DNA of 64,000 nt from Octopus vulgaris. Lineage: Eukaryota. Below the pieces are notes generated by a model that worked only from the letters and a program-made list of their open reading frames with translations, was not told where the DNA came from and did not search any database. Positions 51,309 to 64,000 of the stretch are shown here, piece by piece. The DNA is taken from the NCBI GenBank assembly GCA_951406725.2, contig OX597832.1:69440001-69504000 (forward strand). Direction: 5' to 3'. The position numbers were made by a program, and so were the translations under genes. How positions within the stretch are numbered: the stretch's first letter is position 1; each line of letters starts with the position of its first letter.

Positions 51309-54300
51309 GTATGTGTGTGTAATATTTTACTTGTTTCAGTTATTAACCTGCGGCCTCTCACCTACCTTAAATTCACCCCTACGCACTATCCTTCCACACA
51401 TCCTTCACACCAACTGCATTTCATGTCACACTTGTTCTAAGCTTATCTCAGTACAGAGATACCTTCCTATACATACACTCTCTTTACCACATTCCAACCC
51501 GGCCTTTAGTTATTTTTTTTACTTCCTACTTTTTCCCCTTCTTTCCTTTATTTTCTTTTTCTGTTGAAGGACTAGCGTTATCAAGAGTTATATTAACAAT
51601 TTTGTTTAAAACTTGTCTATCAATTCTAGCTTTACTAGTTTTTGCGCATTATATTATATACAAAGGAATATAGATAAAACAAAACAAAGGTCAATAAACC
51701 CATGAATGAGAAACCGCCAGCAAGATTATAGTACAGCATTCCACGCCGCAGACGATATATATTTTATATATTTATTTAGGATTTATATATTTTATTTAGG
51801 AAGTACCGATGTTTCTTCACAAAACTTCCAACAGTTCTGAAGGTGAGTAGGAAGAAAGTTCCCTCAGAAGGATATCTGGTCTGGATACTTGCAATAGAGT
51901 GAAATGGACAAAAGACAACCACGACGGCCAGATGATGGACATAGGAGCCGGAAAGGCCTTTGAGAACAGCAGTAACAGTAACACCAGCTCCAGTTTCCAC
52001 AACCTGTTTGTCGTATATGAAACACAGAGCACTTTTTCAGGAAAGATAAATTCATGACCAACGGACAAACATTTAGACTCTTTCATGTCCACAGATATAA
52101 GACTTCATGAATCGAAGTCCCCTGTAAAAGGATTTTTTTTTTAAATGTGACTTTTCCATCTTGTAAAACGCGTTTGTGTATGCGTGCGCAAATGAAACAA
52201 AGATATTCTTTATAAAAATTATGTTTTTTGAAAGTCTGATATGTATCTTCGAAGCAGTAATTATTTTTGTTTCAACACACAGTCTTATAAATTAATCACT
52301 TGCCAGTTGAGTATACCTCAGAAAATCTTTTGATCCATTTGTACCTTTTTTCTTTGATATTCTTTATATTTCCCTTTTCATTGAAGTGAACCGGCGGTTT
52401 GGTTTTTTTTATAAATAAAATTAGATATCATGCTATCAGCTTCCACACTTCTTTTGTTATATTTTATACTAGGCTCATTGCAATTATACTTCCATCATTC
52501 GTACTAAAGGTTATGATTTACTTTCATATAAGTTTTGTAGAAATTCTATGACAAATACATCTTCATTTTATTTATTTTCCCCACATTCATATTCTAAGAT
52601 AAACTATCAGTAGGGAACATCATTTATCCTTATTGCACTTCACGTGTCTTTTCTTTTTTTTCTGGTTAGTGCATTTTGTTTGCTTCTCAAAATACCATTT
52701 TTCATCACTCTCTTACATCTATATCACAATAAAGTAAACATTTTTTTTCCCTTTTCATCGACTGTTCACTGATACAATTAACTCTTATTATACGTTGTGG
52801 TACAGACTTGTGTTTTTCTATACATTTTCATGGATAAAGAAAAACCATTGGAAAGACAAGGTTAACACTAACACAACTAAAAACAGTGACGGAGATGAGA
52901 GAAATGTTGCCTGCCTTCAAAGCGCTGCGTACGTCTTTATCATAAGATGTTTTATGAATTTGCGGGAGATATAGAAAACGTGCAATGTTTTCTAAAGACT
53001 TTGTTATTTTTAACCCAAATTGTTTCACAAATCAGTACATTCTCCTTTCAGATGTTGGGAACGGCAATGGAAACTGCTGTTCCAAGTATTCATAGAATTA
53101 CCGTTAGATATTAACTAATCGTATCTTATGTTGAATTTAAATAGACACCGAAACGACGCCAGCGGATTTTGAAGCGTTTCTTCTCATAAATTTCAAGACG
53201 TGATTTCGAAATCATACATAATTTTGGATTCTTTCAAAATTACAATTTCTCTCCGGCGGACGATTATCGATTGCTTAATTTTAAGAAATGTTTGTAATTT
53301 AGAGAACAGTTTCTCACCAGTGACGTCACAGGGGTTACTGTCAGAATAGCAACAGATAAAACAGTGATTTATTCGATGCTCTAACAGTTCTGCCAATTCA
53401 GAGACAAACCTCCATGAATATCCTAGACACGTTTGTAGAAGCATAACCATATGAAAATGTTTGAAGGCCTCATCAGAAAATATATAAGAGCTTTGTTTTA
53501 ACAAAGGCATACATACATAGATACATACATAGGGATTCATTATTATTATTATTGAAGCTACAACAATCGTACCTTCTGAGCTGGAGCCAAGTATTTGGTT
53601 TCTTGATGAGAGAATAAAATTCCTTAAACCATACGCTACAAATGATCACGATATCCGAGATAATAATTATCTATAAGACCTTTTTTAGCATCTAAACGAT
53701 GATGAAAATAAATAAATAAAAGTTACTTATCCACAACTTTGGTGCCAAGCAGGTGGCCTATCAAAATTAGCACAAAATTAAAAAGAGTAAAACAAATCAT
53801 AGATATAAACATACATCTATGCATACAAATATCAGACGGAAACTTGAGGTGTAGGTGCAGAAAGTTTTGTGAAAGGTCGAGGCATTACCAAGTGCATGAA
53901 ACATAAGTACCTAAATAACAAAACAGAACACACAGACGAATAGCTTATAGTATCTATGTGTGTGTGTGTGTGATTGTGTGTGTGTGCTTATATTGATGGG
54001 CAGAATTTGTATTTGTATGCATGTGAGTAACGTGAATGTATACATACGCATGAAGATTATCTAGTCATATGTATATATTTATACATGCGAATATGTGTGT
54101 ATATGTGTGTGTGTCTTTGTATGTGCGTGTGTCTGTGTATATATGTTTATGCGAGTCTCTTATACGAAACTTGAGTATATTTTGTTATAGATTTTATAAG
54201 ACTCTTGGAACTGCGCAGAAATTATATCTTGGTCTTTGAACAGAAAAATACAAAGTACAAATCGCAGGTGTTAATAAACATCTAGTTTATACACACACAC

Positions 54301-55839
54301 ACAAACACATACACACGTGTGTGTATGGATACAAATACATATGTGCACATACATATACATTTCTGTGAAGTATTTATTTTTATGTGTGTGTGTGTGAGTA
54401 TGTATGAGTCTGTGTGTGCATGGTTTGATTTAGGTGTGTGAGGCAGTATGAGTTTAAAAATAAGAAAAAAATATGTAATACTCGCTTATTTGTTGTAATG
54501 ATGCTGTTACTCTCCGGTTAGTAAACTTAATTTAGTACAAGAGCACGACGTAGTGAGAGTTGATATAACGATGATTGCATTTGTTTTTCATGCACTCCTG
54601 TCAACAAGAACGTAAAAGACATTCTCTGTGGGAGTTTGTGTCGGACACCATTATTTCTTCAGTTGATTTTGCTCTGACAGCAGTAGACTACCAAATACTG
54701 TATACATTTATTGCTGTGAACTGAGGCTTTTGAAGCTGGAATTACTTTAATACAAGTATGCAAAGCAGAGACAATCACTCCAAGTATCTACACATGTATT
54801 TTTGACAAGCTAATTTTTCACATAAGAAATTCTCCAAAGAGAGTTTGTTTGCAGATCAAAGTAAAATTCTGCAGCAAATGCTTTTCACTTAGCAGTTTTT
54901 AGAAGCGTGTTAAAAGTAGATGAAAGGACATATACCCCAAGTACAACTCAGTTTAACTCTTCAGGCAAATTTGCATGAATATTCTTGCGTTATTATCGAG
55001 GGTTCCTTAATTCCTTATGGCGCACTAAACATTTATTTAGGATAATTTGAATGTAAGTCATACCTGTCTTCATAAAATGTTTCCGCCTCGATCACATAAT
55101 TTACGTGTTCATACAAAGTAGATGAACAGGTTTATCTGATTTCGTGTTTTTTGTAAATTGGCAGTGTCTATGGAAATAGTGAATTGGTAACAATATTAGA
55201 GCGTTGGATACGAAGCATCACGGTATTTGTTCCAAATGTCTGCGCTATGGGATCAAATCCCGCCGAGGTCAACTTTGTCATTACCCTTTCGCTGAGGACA
55301 AATACTTCACTAAGTGATTCGTTGGAACAACGAAAAGCACACTGTTCCGGATTTTTTAATACTGATTTCAAATCTAACGACGGCCTACGTGGATGGTAGA
55401 CTTAACCGTTCGTACGGTTTGCTTGGGTGACTTTAACTGAGTCCTCTATTGGAAACATTCGGACCGTTAAGTCCATGGCTTCAGGATATTTCCTTCCATT
55501 AGTCTAACCTACCATCTAAAGGGTCGTGGACACTGCCTTCCGTAACAATTAAAATGGCCACCACGTGTAATTGTCTGCGTTAATAAAACATAGCCGTTCT
55601 ATCTGAGGGGAAGTTCTAAGAAGGCAAGAAAACAATGAGAACATTACCCTCTTTACTACCCACGGAAATGTCGACAATGTGAGTTGATCAAGTCATTTAG
55701 TTTTGAAGCGTTTCAAATTATCGTAATAGGCATCAGAATGCACTTTAAGTAAATGAAGTGAATCACGTTGTTAGCACATGCACTCCAATGTGCTTTCTCC
55801 CCTTCTCTCTCTCTCTCTCACTGAATCTTTATTTCTGTC

Positions 55840-55904
55840 TATATACACATGTACATAATATACATATATTTATATATTTGTGTATACATATACATACGCA
55901 TTTA

Positions 55905-55965
<61 letters not shown>

Positions 55966-56390
55966 CATATATATATACATACACACACATATATATAGAT
56001 TCATATATACACATACATATATATATATATGTACATATAAATACACACATATATAAATATATATGTATTTATGAATATATGCATATATACATATATACAC
56101 AAATATGTATATATATATATATATATAAAAGTGTATAAGTTTGTATATATGTACATATATATTTGTGCTCATACATGCATACATACACAAACATGCATAT
56201 ATATACACATACATATGCATACATATATTTATATATACACAAAAATATATATCTACATATATACAAATGTATCTATACACATGTATATATATATGTGTGT
56301 GTCACAATGTGTGTGTGTATATATATATATATATATACATACATATATGTACTTATATATATATATGTTTTATATACACCTACATATAAA
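55840..56390. repeat. TA/CA-rich low-complexity block
   Basis: Direct reading. Confidence 0.95.
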
Positions 56391-57699
56391 CTTATAAAAC
56401 TGTATGCAAGTGTTTATTTATTTGCATGTGTTTGTGTTGTTTTAATGGATATTATCGCGTGTTGCCAAAAAGTAAAAGTTCTAAAAAGTGAACAATCAAA
56501 AATAGAAAAGAAACAAAAAAAAAAAACGCAAACCCAGAAATTGCAAATTTGTAAAATGTTAGTGCAGTAACTCGTGGTCTGTTCAACCTGGGAATAACGG
56601 GGAATATTTACACACGCATACAACTAAAACGCCTTATTTGAATTGAAACAGCGCAGTTCCACATTCGTGAATACTCGAAGACTCCCATATACACAGAACC
56701 ACACAGGCACGCCTATACGCATCATACATGCAACATAAAAACATGCAGCGACTTTCTCACATACGCTTCGGTACAAACATACAAATACACAGGTTCTTTC
56801 TCTCCCTCTTTCACATACTTACGCACATAAACACATGCACCAAAAACAAAAAAAAATAATATTAAATAAATAAAGCGAGTGGGGGCGGAATATCTTCAAA
56901 CGTTCAAGCACAGTTCAATATAAATTCCATTATGATCAAAACCATCAGTTTTATTATCATCATCAGCACAATTATCGTGTTCATCATCATAACTCTCACC
57001 GCCATAATTATTTCTATCGTCGCTGTCGTTGCCACCATCACTACAACCAGCACTACCACCCCCAACACCATCGCCGCCGCTTCAGCCGCCGTCATCGACA
57101 TCAGAATTATTTCCGTTATTATCTTGGCTAACACTAACATTATCGTCAGTATCTATCTACTGCCGCCACCACCACCACAACGGTAGATCACATACGTCGT
57201 TGTAATCATTTCCTTCATCATCAACATCATTACTTCCACCACCATGTTATTATCTCCACTATGATGTCGATGATGCTAGTGGTGGCGATAATACTCGCCA
57301 TCATCATCACTTCACACACTTCCACCCCTACACTACCATCACATTCAACATCCTCATCGTCGTTGTTGTTATTTGCATCTTTTATACTAACATCAGCATC
57401 ATGTTAGCCCCATCCACAACGCGATCACCGCTTTCATCACCATCACCCCCCCCCTACACACACTACCAGAAAAATATGTGGTGTGAATATGACACCACTG
57501 GGACCCGAAATAACATCAGTCATTCCTTCTCTTCTTCAAAAGCCCACCTCTTGCCCTACTCAATTATTAAATCATTGGCTTCTTTCTGAACAGACAGAAT
57601 GGCTTAATATTCCAAAGAGAAATTTCACTGGAAGTGTGTTTCTGTGTATCAGAAGTACATTGCGTGTAATCTGAGTGCATTGCTCCACTTTCTATTGTA

Positions 57700-58420
57700 A
57701 ATAGCTTTCCAAGAATTGGAAAAGCATTTTTCTTAGTCTTTTTCGGGGATTCAGGTATGGAAAGCAGGAAGTTTTACTCAAACAGTGAAGGCCTCACACC
57801 ATTGCTTGCAATTGAGTAGTCCTCGGACAAAGCCATTCAAATGTCAGATGGTGACGTTAAACCTGTCTGCCAGCGTATTTGTTAACTTGCTGTCAGACAA
57901 AGCCTTTCGTTTTGCGCTCTGTGTACTAAAAGCCTTCTGAAGAGCTTGTGCTCAAATGCTTGGATTCTTCACTACCTGTCAACTGTAAATGTTCAGCTGT
58001 CATACCCATACAGAGGGATCGAACTCACCAGGCTCTGTTACACTCTGAGTCTTGTCGGAAAAACACTAATGGAATTGCCTTTTCGTATTTTGCTCAGCTT
58101 CGTCATGGCAGAAGAGGTTGAACTGAGTCTTATTACCTCCATTTGAGATCTGCCGTCCTTGCGCAGGTAAAATGACGAAAGGTTGCCTATTACGGTCATG
58201 TATCCCGCCACAACTCCCTGCTCTAAATCATTCTTCAGGTTATAGCTGAGTTGGGGCGAAAGTTAGACTGACAGAAAAAATCCTGGTCTGACAGCATCAA
58301 GGATGAAACAGGTCACTACAGAGAGCTTGATTCGCATGACAAACAACAGAGGCCAGAAATGACGGCTGACTATGAAAGTGCCAAGAGTGGCATCGCAATG
58401 ACTAACTGCATCAGTTAAGG
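57700..58420 (-). mobile_element. Decayed RTE-clade LINE RT C-terminal fragment
   Basis: SAMTKLSKIRKGNSISVFPTRLRV*QSLVSSIPLYGYDS*TFTVDR**RIQAFEHKLFRRLL (cf. LLYGCESWTL..RIQAFE). Confidence 0.75.
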
Positions 58421-59964
58421 GGTCTTGATGATGATGATGATGGCGGTGGCGGTGGTGGTGGTGGTGGTGATGAGGATTTTAAACCACTTGACAAATTAAA
58501 TCTACGAAATAAGATCTTGAAACAGTGCCTCCAAAAGGCTTCTAAACAGTTTTCATCTACAAATTGTCGTTCCTATTTCGTAGGAGCATACATTTGTCTA
58601 TGTGCTGCTGAGTAGAACCGAACTTAAACCAAGCTAGTTATATGAATTTGTTAACCACGCACATATAACTGTCTTTTTAGTGAAGAAAAGGGACAGTGAC
58701 TTTGATTCACGCTAGAGTCTCCAAGATATTCAAGGAACGAGGCAGGAAAGTATCCTCAACCTCAAAATCTAGCCCGGACTTTTGCGACAGAATCGACATG
58801 ACTAAAGTCAGTGGTGTGAAATAACTTGCAGCATAAATGAAATGAGCCCGCTACAGTCATCCCAAATCACGGAGCTGAAGATCTAACTTATTAACTCCAC
58901 AGCGACGTTTGCAGTTTCAGGGAAAGCTTAGAGATATAATGGAAAAGAATTCAGTTTGACTGAGGATTGAATCGGTGGTCGTGCTCTCTGCTTGTCGAGT
59001 ATGGTGCTTAAATCTTGCTTTTCGGCGATTTCCACACTCAAATCAGATATTAATCGATTTTGTTTGATCAGAATAAAATGTCGTCAGGAATAACCATCAA
59101 TTATCTACATTGTCTTTACATCTCGATCATAAATCAAATGTTCATTCTAAATTAATTGATTTCGTTTGTACAGTCGGGACTGAACTCTTGGTTTCAGCGT
59201 TAATTATACACATTAATAATTAGTGATATGGGATATTATCTCGGCTAACCTAAGTACACGGCAAAGTGAGAAACATAGTTGATTCTGAGGCGCTTCTCGT
59301 AACTAAAACGGTGATTATTATATCATCATTATATTATCGTGATCAGATAGATGAAACGTTAATGTCGACGAATGTGGAATGAAAAATAAATAAATAAAGC
59401 CACAGGAAATCTCTGCTCAAGACTGACTCTTGAACTATATTATATAGTCTTGTTCAAAAGGAATCAGTTTGGCCAGAAATCTGAGAGTGTTAGAGATAGA
59501 ACCACGGAAATCAAATAGAATTCGAAATTACTCAAACTACAACCATGCTGATTAGAAGTGAAATCAATTAAAAGCAAACATCAATCAAATTCTAAGACCT
59601 CCTGTTCGAAATCTAATTTTCGTGTCACGTAAGAAGAGGCGAAGCTTATGCCAGATAGAATGGACTGAAATCAAAATTCTAAAAGATTCCAGAGAATTAT
59701 ATCAAGTAAACTCTAGGTCAACAATAAGTTTAAGGTTAATGATATGAAGAAAAGAACATGGGCTTTTATTGCCTGTTTTTTTTTTTTTACTGTGGGTGCC
59801 ACGTGGATGGGGATACACTGCTCGATGACTACTTATTTTGTAAGAAAGAGGCTGAGAGAATCAAAGCTTCTTTGATGCGAGGGGACTGTAAATTTCAGTT
59901 CGACCAAGTGATAAAAATATTGCATGATTAGTCGATAGAAGATGGCTACGGAAATTCTCTTTTA

Positions 59965-60153
<189 letters not shown>

Positions 60154-62249
60154 CTTCAGCAAAAAAGAATGGGCTGAGCTGAACAATATAAAACAAGACA
60201 AAACAATAACAATCAAAGAGGCCGATAAAGGGAGTGCAGTTGTCTTAATGGACACGACATTTTACATAACTTTAGTACTATCTATGTTGGAAGACACACC
60301 ATATTATGAAAAGGCACAAAACTACAGTCAACAAAAAATAATGAGGGAACTAAAATCCATGTTAAACCCATACAAAGAAGGGCTCACCGACAAAGAATAT
60401 GACTATATGACCAATTTCACAAGTAAAACCAGCCAATTCTACGGTATTCCTAAGATACACAAAAGTGAGAAAATAAGTAACGCATTCAAGATAGCCACAG
60501 ACAAAATAATTAAAGTCCCTAATCCTAATGACCTCAAATTGAGACCCATAATAGCAGGTCCCGCATGCGAAACCCACCGCCTCAGTAACTTTTTAGACAC
60601 CCTGTTAAAACCACTCCTTAAACATGTCAAAAGCTATATAAGGGACGGCTTGGATATGCTCAATCACCTGCCTAATACTATAAACAAAAACACCCTACTA
60701 GTAGCCTTCGATGTAGTCAACCTCTATTCCAATATCCCCCACAACCTAGGAATAGAGGCAATTCAATTCTGGCTAGAGAATCACGCCAACGAATTCCCAC
60801 ATCGCATAAAAAAGAATTCGTGATAGAAGGGGTTAAATTCATCCTGGAAAATAACTTCTTGGCCTTCAAAGACAACTTCTACCGACAAAAATCGGGGACG
60901 CGAATGGCCCCCTCCTTTGCCAACCTCGTCATGGGATATCTAGAAATCAGTCTGTATCGTAAGGTTCTAGAAATATATGGCAGTCCTTTCTGCCTCTACA
61001 TAGAAAACAACTGGAAGAGATACCTAGATGACTGTTTCATTCTTTGGCATGAAAATATAGAGAAACTCAAAGAATTCCAAGCAATTTTAAATGGGCTGGA
61101 CGTAAACATCCAATTCACGATGGAATATAGCCAGCAACAACTCCCCTTCCTCGATATCCTCATTAAGAAATCTAATAATATAATAGAAACAGATTTATAC
61201 TATAAGCCTACAGATTCTAAGCAATATCTTCCATTCAATTCATGCCACCCCAGACACACCAGAATGAATATCCCCTTCAATCTAGCAAAAAGGATATGTA
61301 CTATAGTTTCTAATGCAAACGCTAGAGACACACGACTACAAGAACTAAAAGATACCCTCATCACCAGGAACTACCCACCTTCACTTATTGACATATGCAT
61401 TCAACGTGCCCTTCAACTCAACATCCAGGAACTCAGACATCCCAAATCAAAGAAAAATTTACAACCAAAAGCCTTACCATACATCTCCACACACAACCCT
61501 CTCAACAATGAAGCCTTCGACACCATCCTCCAAAACATACCCCTGCTAAAAAAAAAGACCACAGAACGAACACAATCCTCCAAACACACACGATCATAAA
61601 AAGCAAGAGACGGCCTAAATCTATGAAAAGTCTCCTAACACAAGCCCGAATACGCTCTTCAACACAGAAACCGACAGTAAAAAAATGTAGAAGACCCAGT
61701 TGCGGGATATGCGATTATCTAATTGAGGGATCAGAATTCTCCTTCAAGCAGGGTCAACGGTTTACTGTGAAAAGCAACTTCACATGTGCTTCGGAGAACC
61801 TGATATACACACTAACATGCTCTGGGTGTCAAGAGCAATACATAGGCCAAACAAAAAATAGTTTGCGTAAAAGAATGGCCCTGCACAGATCCCAGATAAA
61901 AATTCCCCAAAACAGAAAAATAGCATTCAGCCAGCACATAGATATTTGCGCCAACAACAAAACACCAAGCTTCAGGATTTTCCTCCTCTACCAATCCAGG
62001 GACGATACAACCTCGAGCCAACGAATAAGTAAAGAAACTCTCTTTATTAAAAAATAGAGGCCCTTTCTGAACGGGTCTATAACAAACGATATATCCACCT
62101 CGGCTTTAGAATAACACAAATACACACGCAAAATTACATTCCTAAGAATCCATTAAAAATCAGCCCCAATCACAGCTATAACCCATAACGTGCCAACTTT
62201 AAGCCATACAACACCTCACTACTTCCACTCATTCACATTCCCCCTTCTC

Positions 62250-62299
62250 TTTCTTCTTCTTCTTCTTCATCATCATCATTATCATCATCATCGTCGTCG

Positions 62300-62388
<89 letters not shown>

Positions 62389-62510
62389 TTCTTCTTCTTC
62401 TTCTTCTTCTTCTTCTTCTTCTTCTTCATCATCATCATCATCATCATCATCATCTTCTTCTTTTTCTTCTTCGTCTTCTTCTTCTTCTTCTTCTTCTTCT
62501 TCTTCTTCTT
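62250..62510. repeat. (CAT)n/(CTT)n compound microsatellite in the PLE 3' region
   Basis: Direct reading. Confidence 0.95.
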
Positions 62511-62872
62511 CTCCTCCCCCTTCTACTTCCTAACTTTATCACTAATGCTTTTTAGTATAACACCTACGCAAATTCTATAAACAAACCTTTCAATAGAAAT
62601 ATTCTCATGAATTGAACAGCAACTGCTAGCCGCCACTGGCCACTCAAAATACGACAATCAAGGCACTCCCAAATTTATTTCCCCCCCCTTCTCCTCATCC
62701 TTCTTCTTCTTCTTCCTTACCAAGAATTCACAACAACCTCGAACCCTCAGGTGTGAACAAGAGAGACAGAGAAAGGCAGAAACAAGGAAAATGCCACTTA
62801 TATTTGAACACTATACAAATATTATTTAAAAAAACTTTTCTTTTAATTTTTCTAAATTTAATTATTTAATCG

Positions 62873-62916
62873 TTACAGTTGAAAAGGTCTCAAAATGACT
62901 GAAACCGGTACTGAAA
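62873..62916 (+). ncRNA. Degenerate minimal hammerhead ribozyme in the PLE terminus
   Basis: cag UUGAAAA g guc-ucaaaau-gac u GAAAC cg GUA cug: two core substitutions relative to CUGAAGA; helix III ACCGGU is palindromic. Confidence 0.65.
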
Positions 62917-62961
62917 TGTTCTTTATAAAATTATTTTAGCATTTTCTATCTTGACTTGTTT

Positions 62962-63007
<46 letters not shown>

Positions 63008-63040
63008 GTATAAAGATGTGAGTGTGTGTGTGTACATATA

Positions 63041-63378
63041 TTCTTTTCTACTCTAGGCACAAGGCCCGAAATTTTTGGGGAGGGGGCCAGTCGATTAGAT
63101 CGACCCCAGTACGGAATTTGAACTCAGAAAGACAGGTGAAATACCTATTTCTTTACTACCCACAAGGGGCTAAACACAGAGAGGACAAACGAGGGCAGAC
63201 AATCGTATTAAGTCGATTTTATCGACCCCAGTGCGTAACTGGTATTTATTTAATCGACTCCGGAAGGATGAAAGGCAAAGTCGACCTCGACGGAATTTGA
63301 ACTCAGAACGTAGCGGCAAATGAAATACCGCTAAGCACTTTGCCCGGCGTGCTAACGTTTTTGACAGCTCGACGCCTT
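63041..63378 (-). mobile_element. SINE family 2 (dimeric form)
   Basis: Minus strand AAGGCG.CGAGCTG.CA head, GAGTTCAAATTCC B-box-like motif present twice, tail GCCTAGAGTAGAAAAGAAT. Confidence 0.9.
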
Positions 63379-63591
63379 ATTCAGGTGCGTATATTACTTG
63401 CTTCAGTCATGGATTGCAGTCTAGGAGGTAAGATGGAGGACAGGGGAACGTGTTACTAGTTAAGAATATACATATATAAAAGGGAAATAAATAAATAGCA
63501 TATAATTGTATTTATATTTATCTATTTACATATATCTACTTATTTAGATACAAACATAGTGAAGGAGAGGTTGTGTGGTAAGAAGCTTACT

Positions 63592-64000
63592 TCCGGTATA
63601 GCGTTTGTCAGTTGGATTGTTGGTTTTGTGTGTTGAACACGTGTCTTGTTTTGGCTGTCTTGGCGGTGCGACGTTTTTCTTCTTGTGTGATGGAGGGGCG
63701 TCGTGTAAAGAGATTAATTCTTCTTCTTCAGAGAGAACAATTGTCTACAGAACGTATCTTGAGGGACGTACTTCCAGGGTTAGGGTACAAGACATATCAC
63801 CAGAAGTAAATGTGGCCTGACTGCTGGCTGCGATACTGGTAGGCATGGAAAAGGTGGTGATCTTACAGGACACAGAATACCCTATAGGAACTGGTAGGGA
63901 CAAAATCCTTGAAATGATGGTACACGTTGCGGAGAAGCCATAGAAAAGCTGGTAGAGAAAATCACAGTTGAAGAGACAATGTTGAAAGTTAGACTGTAGG
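63592..64000 (+). mobile_element. Possible decayed 5' region / ORF1 of an L1/Tx1-like LINE (runs off the window)
   Basis: Reading frame ERTIVYRTYLEGRTSRVRVQDISPEVNVA*LLAAILVG is coding-like. The family assignment is from memory only. Confidence 0.3.

Overview
This is eukaryotic, AT-rich, very repeat-dense DNA. The microsatellite load and the SINE/LINE families point to a cephalopod, most likely Octopus (inference from family resemblance, not a database match). I cannot support any intact host protein-coding gene, and almost all listed ORFs are translations of (TA)n/(CA)n/(TAA)n tracts. The window holds two tRNA-derived SINE families and a near-full-length R4/Dong LINE sitting in (TAA)n within a same-strand stack of other Dong-type 3' ends. 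It also holds CR1-like and RTE LINE remnants, two mariner remnants, a maT-like fragment, several MITE/foldback elements and a complete non-autonomous Helitron. Penelope-like elements (PLEs) are represented by one 5'-truncated RT + GIY-YIG copy and several pseudo-LTR remnants. The most interesting signal is a set of five type I hammerhead-ribozyme motifs in the PLE termini, each with a palindromic or near-palindromic helix III. One has an intact minimal core, three have unusually long stem-II inserts, and two lie in inverted pseudo-LTR pairs; in one pair the two arms keep complementary halves of stem I.
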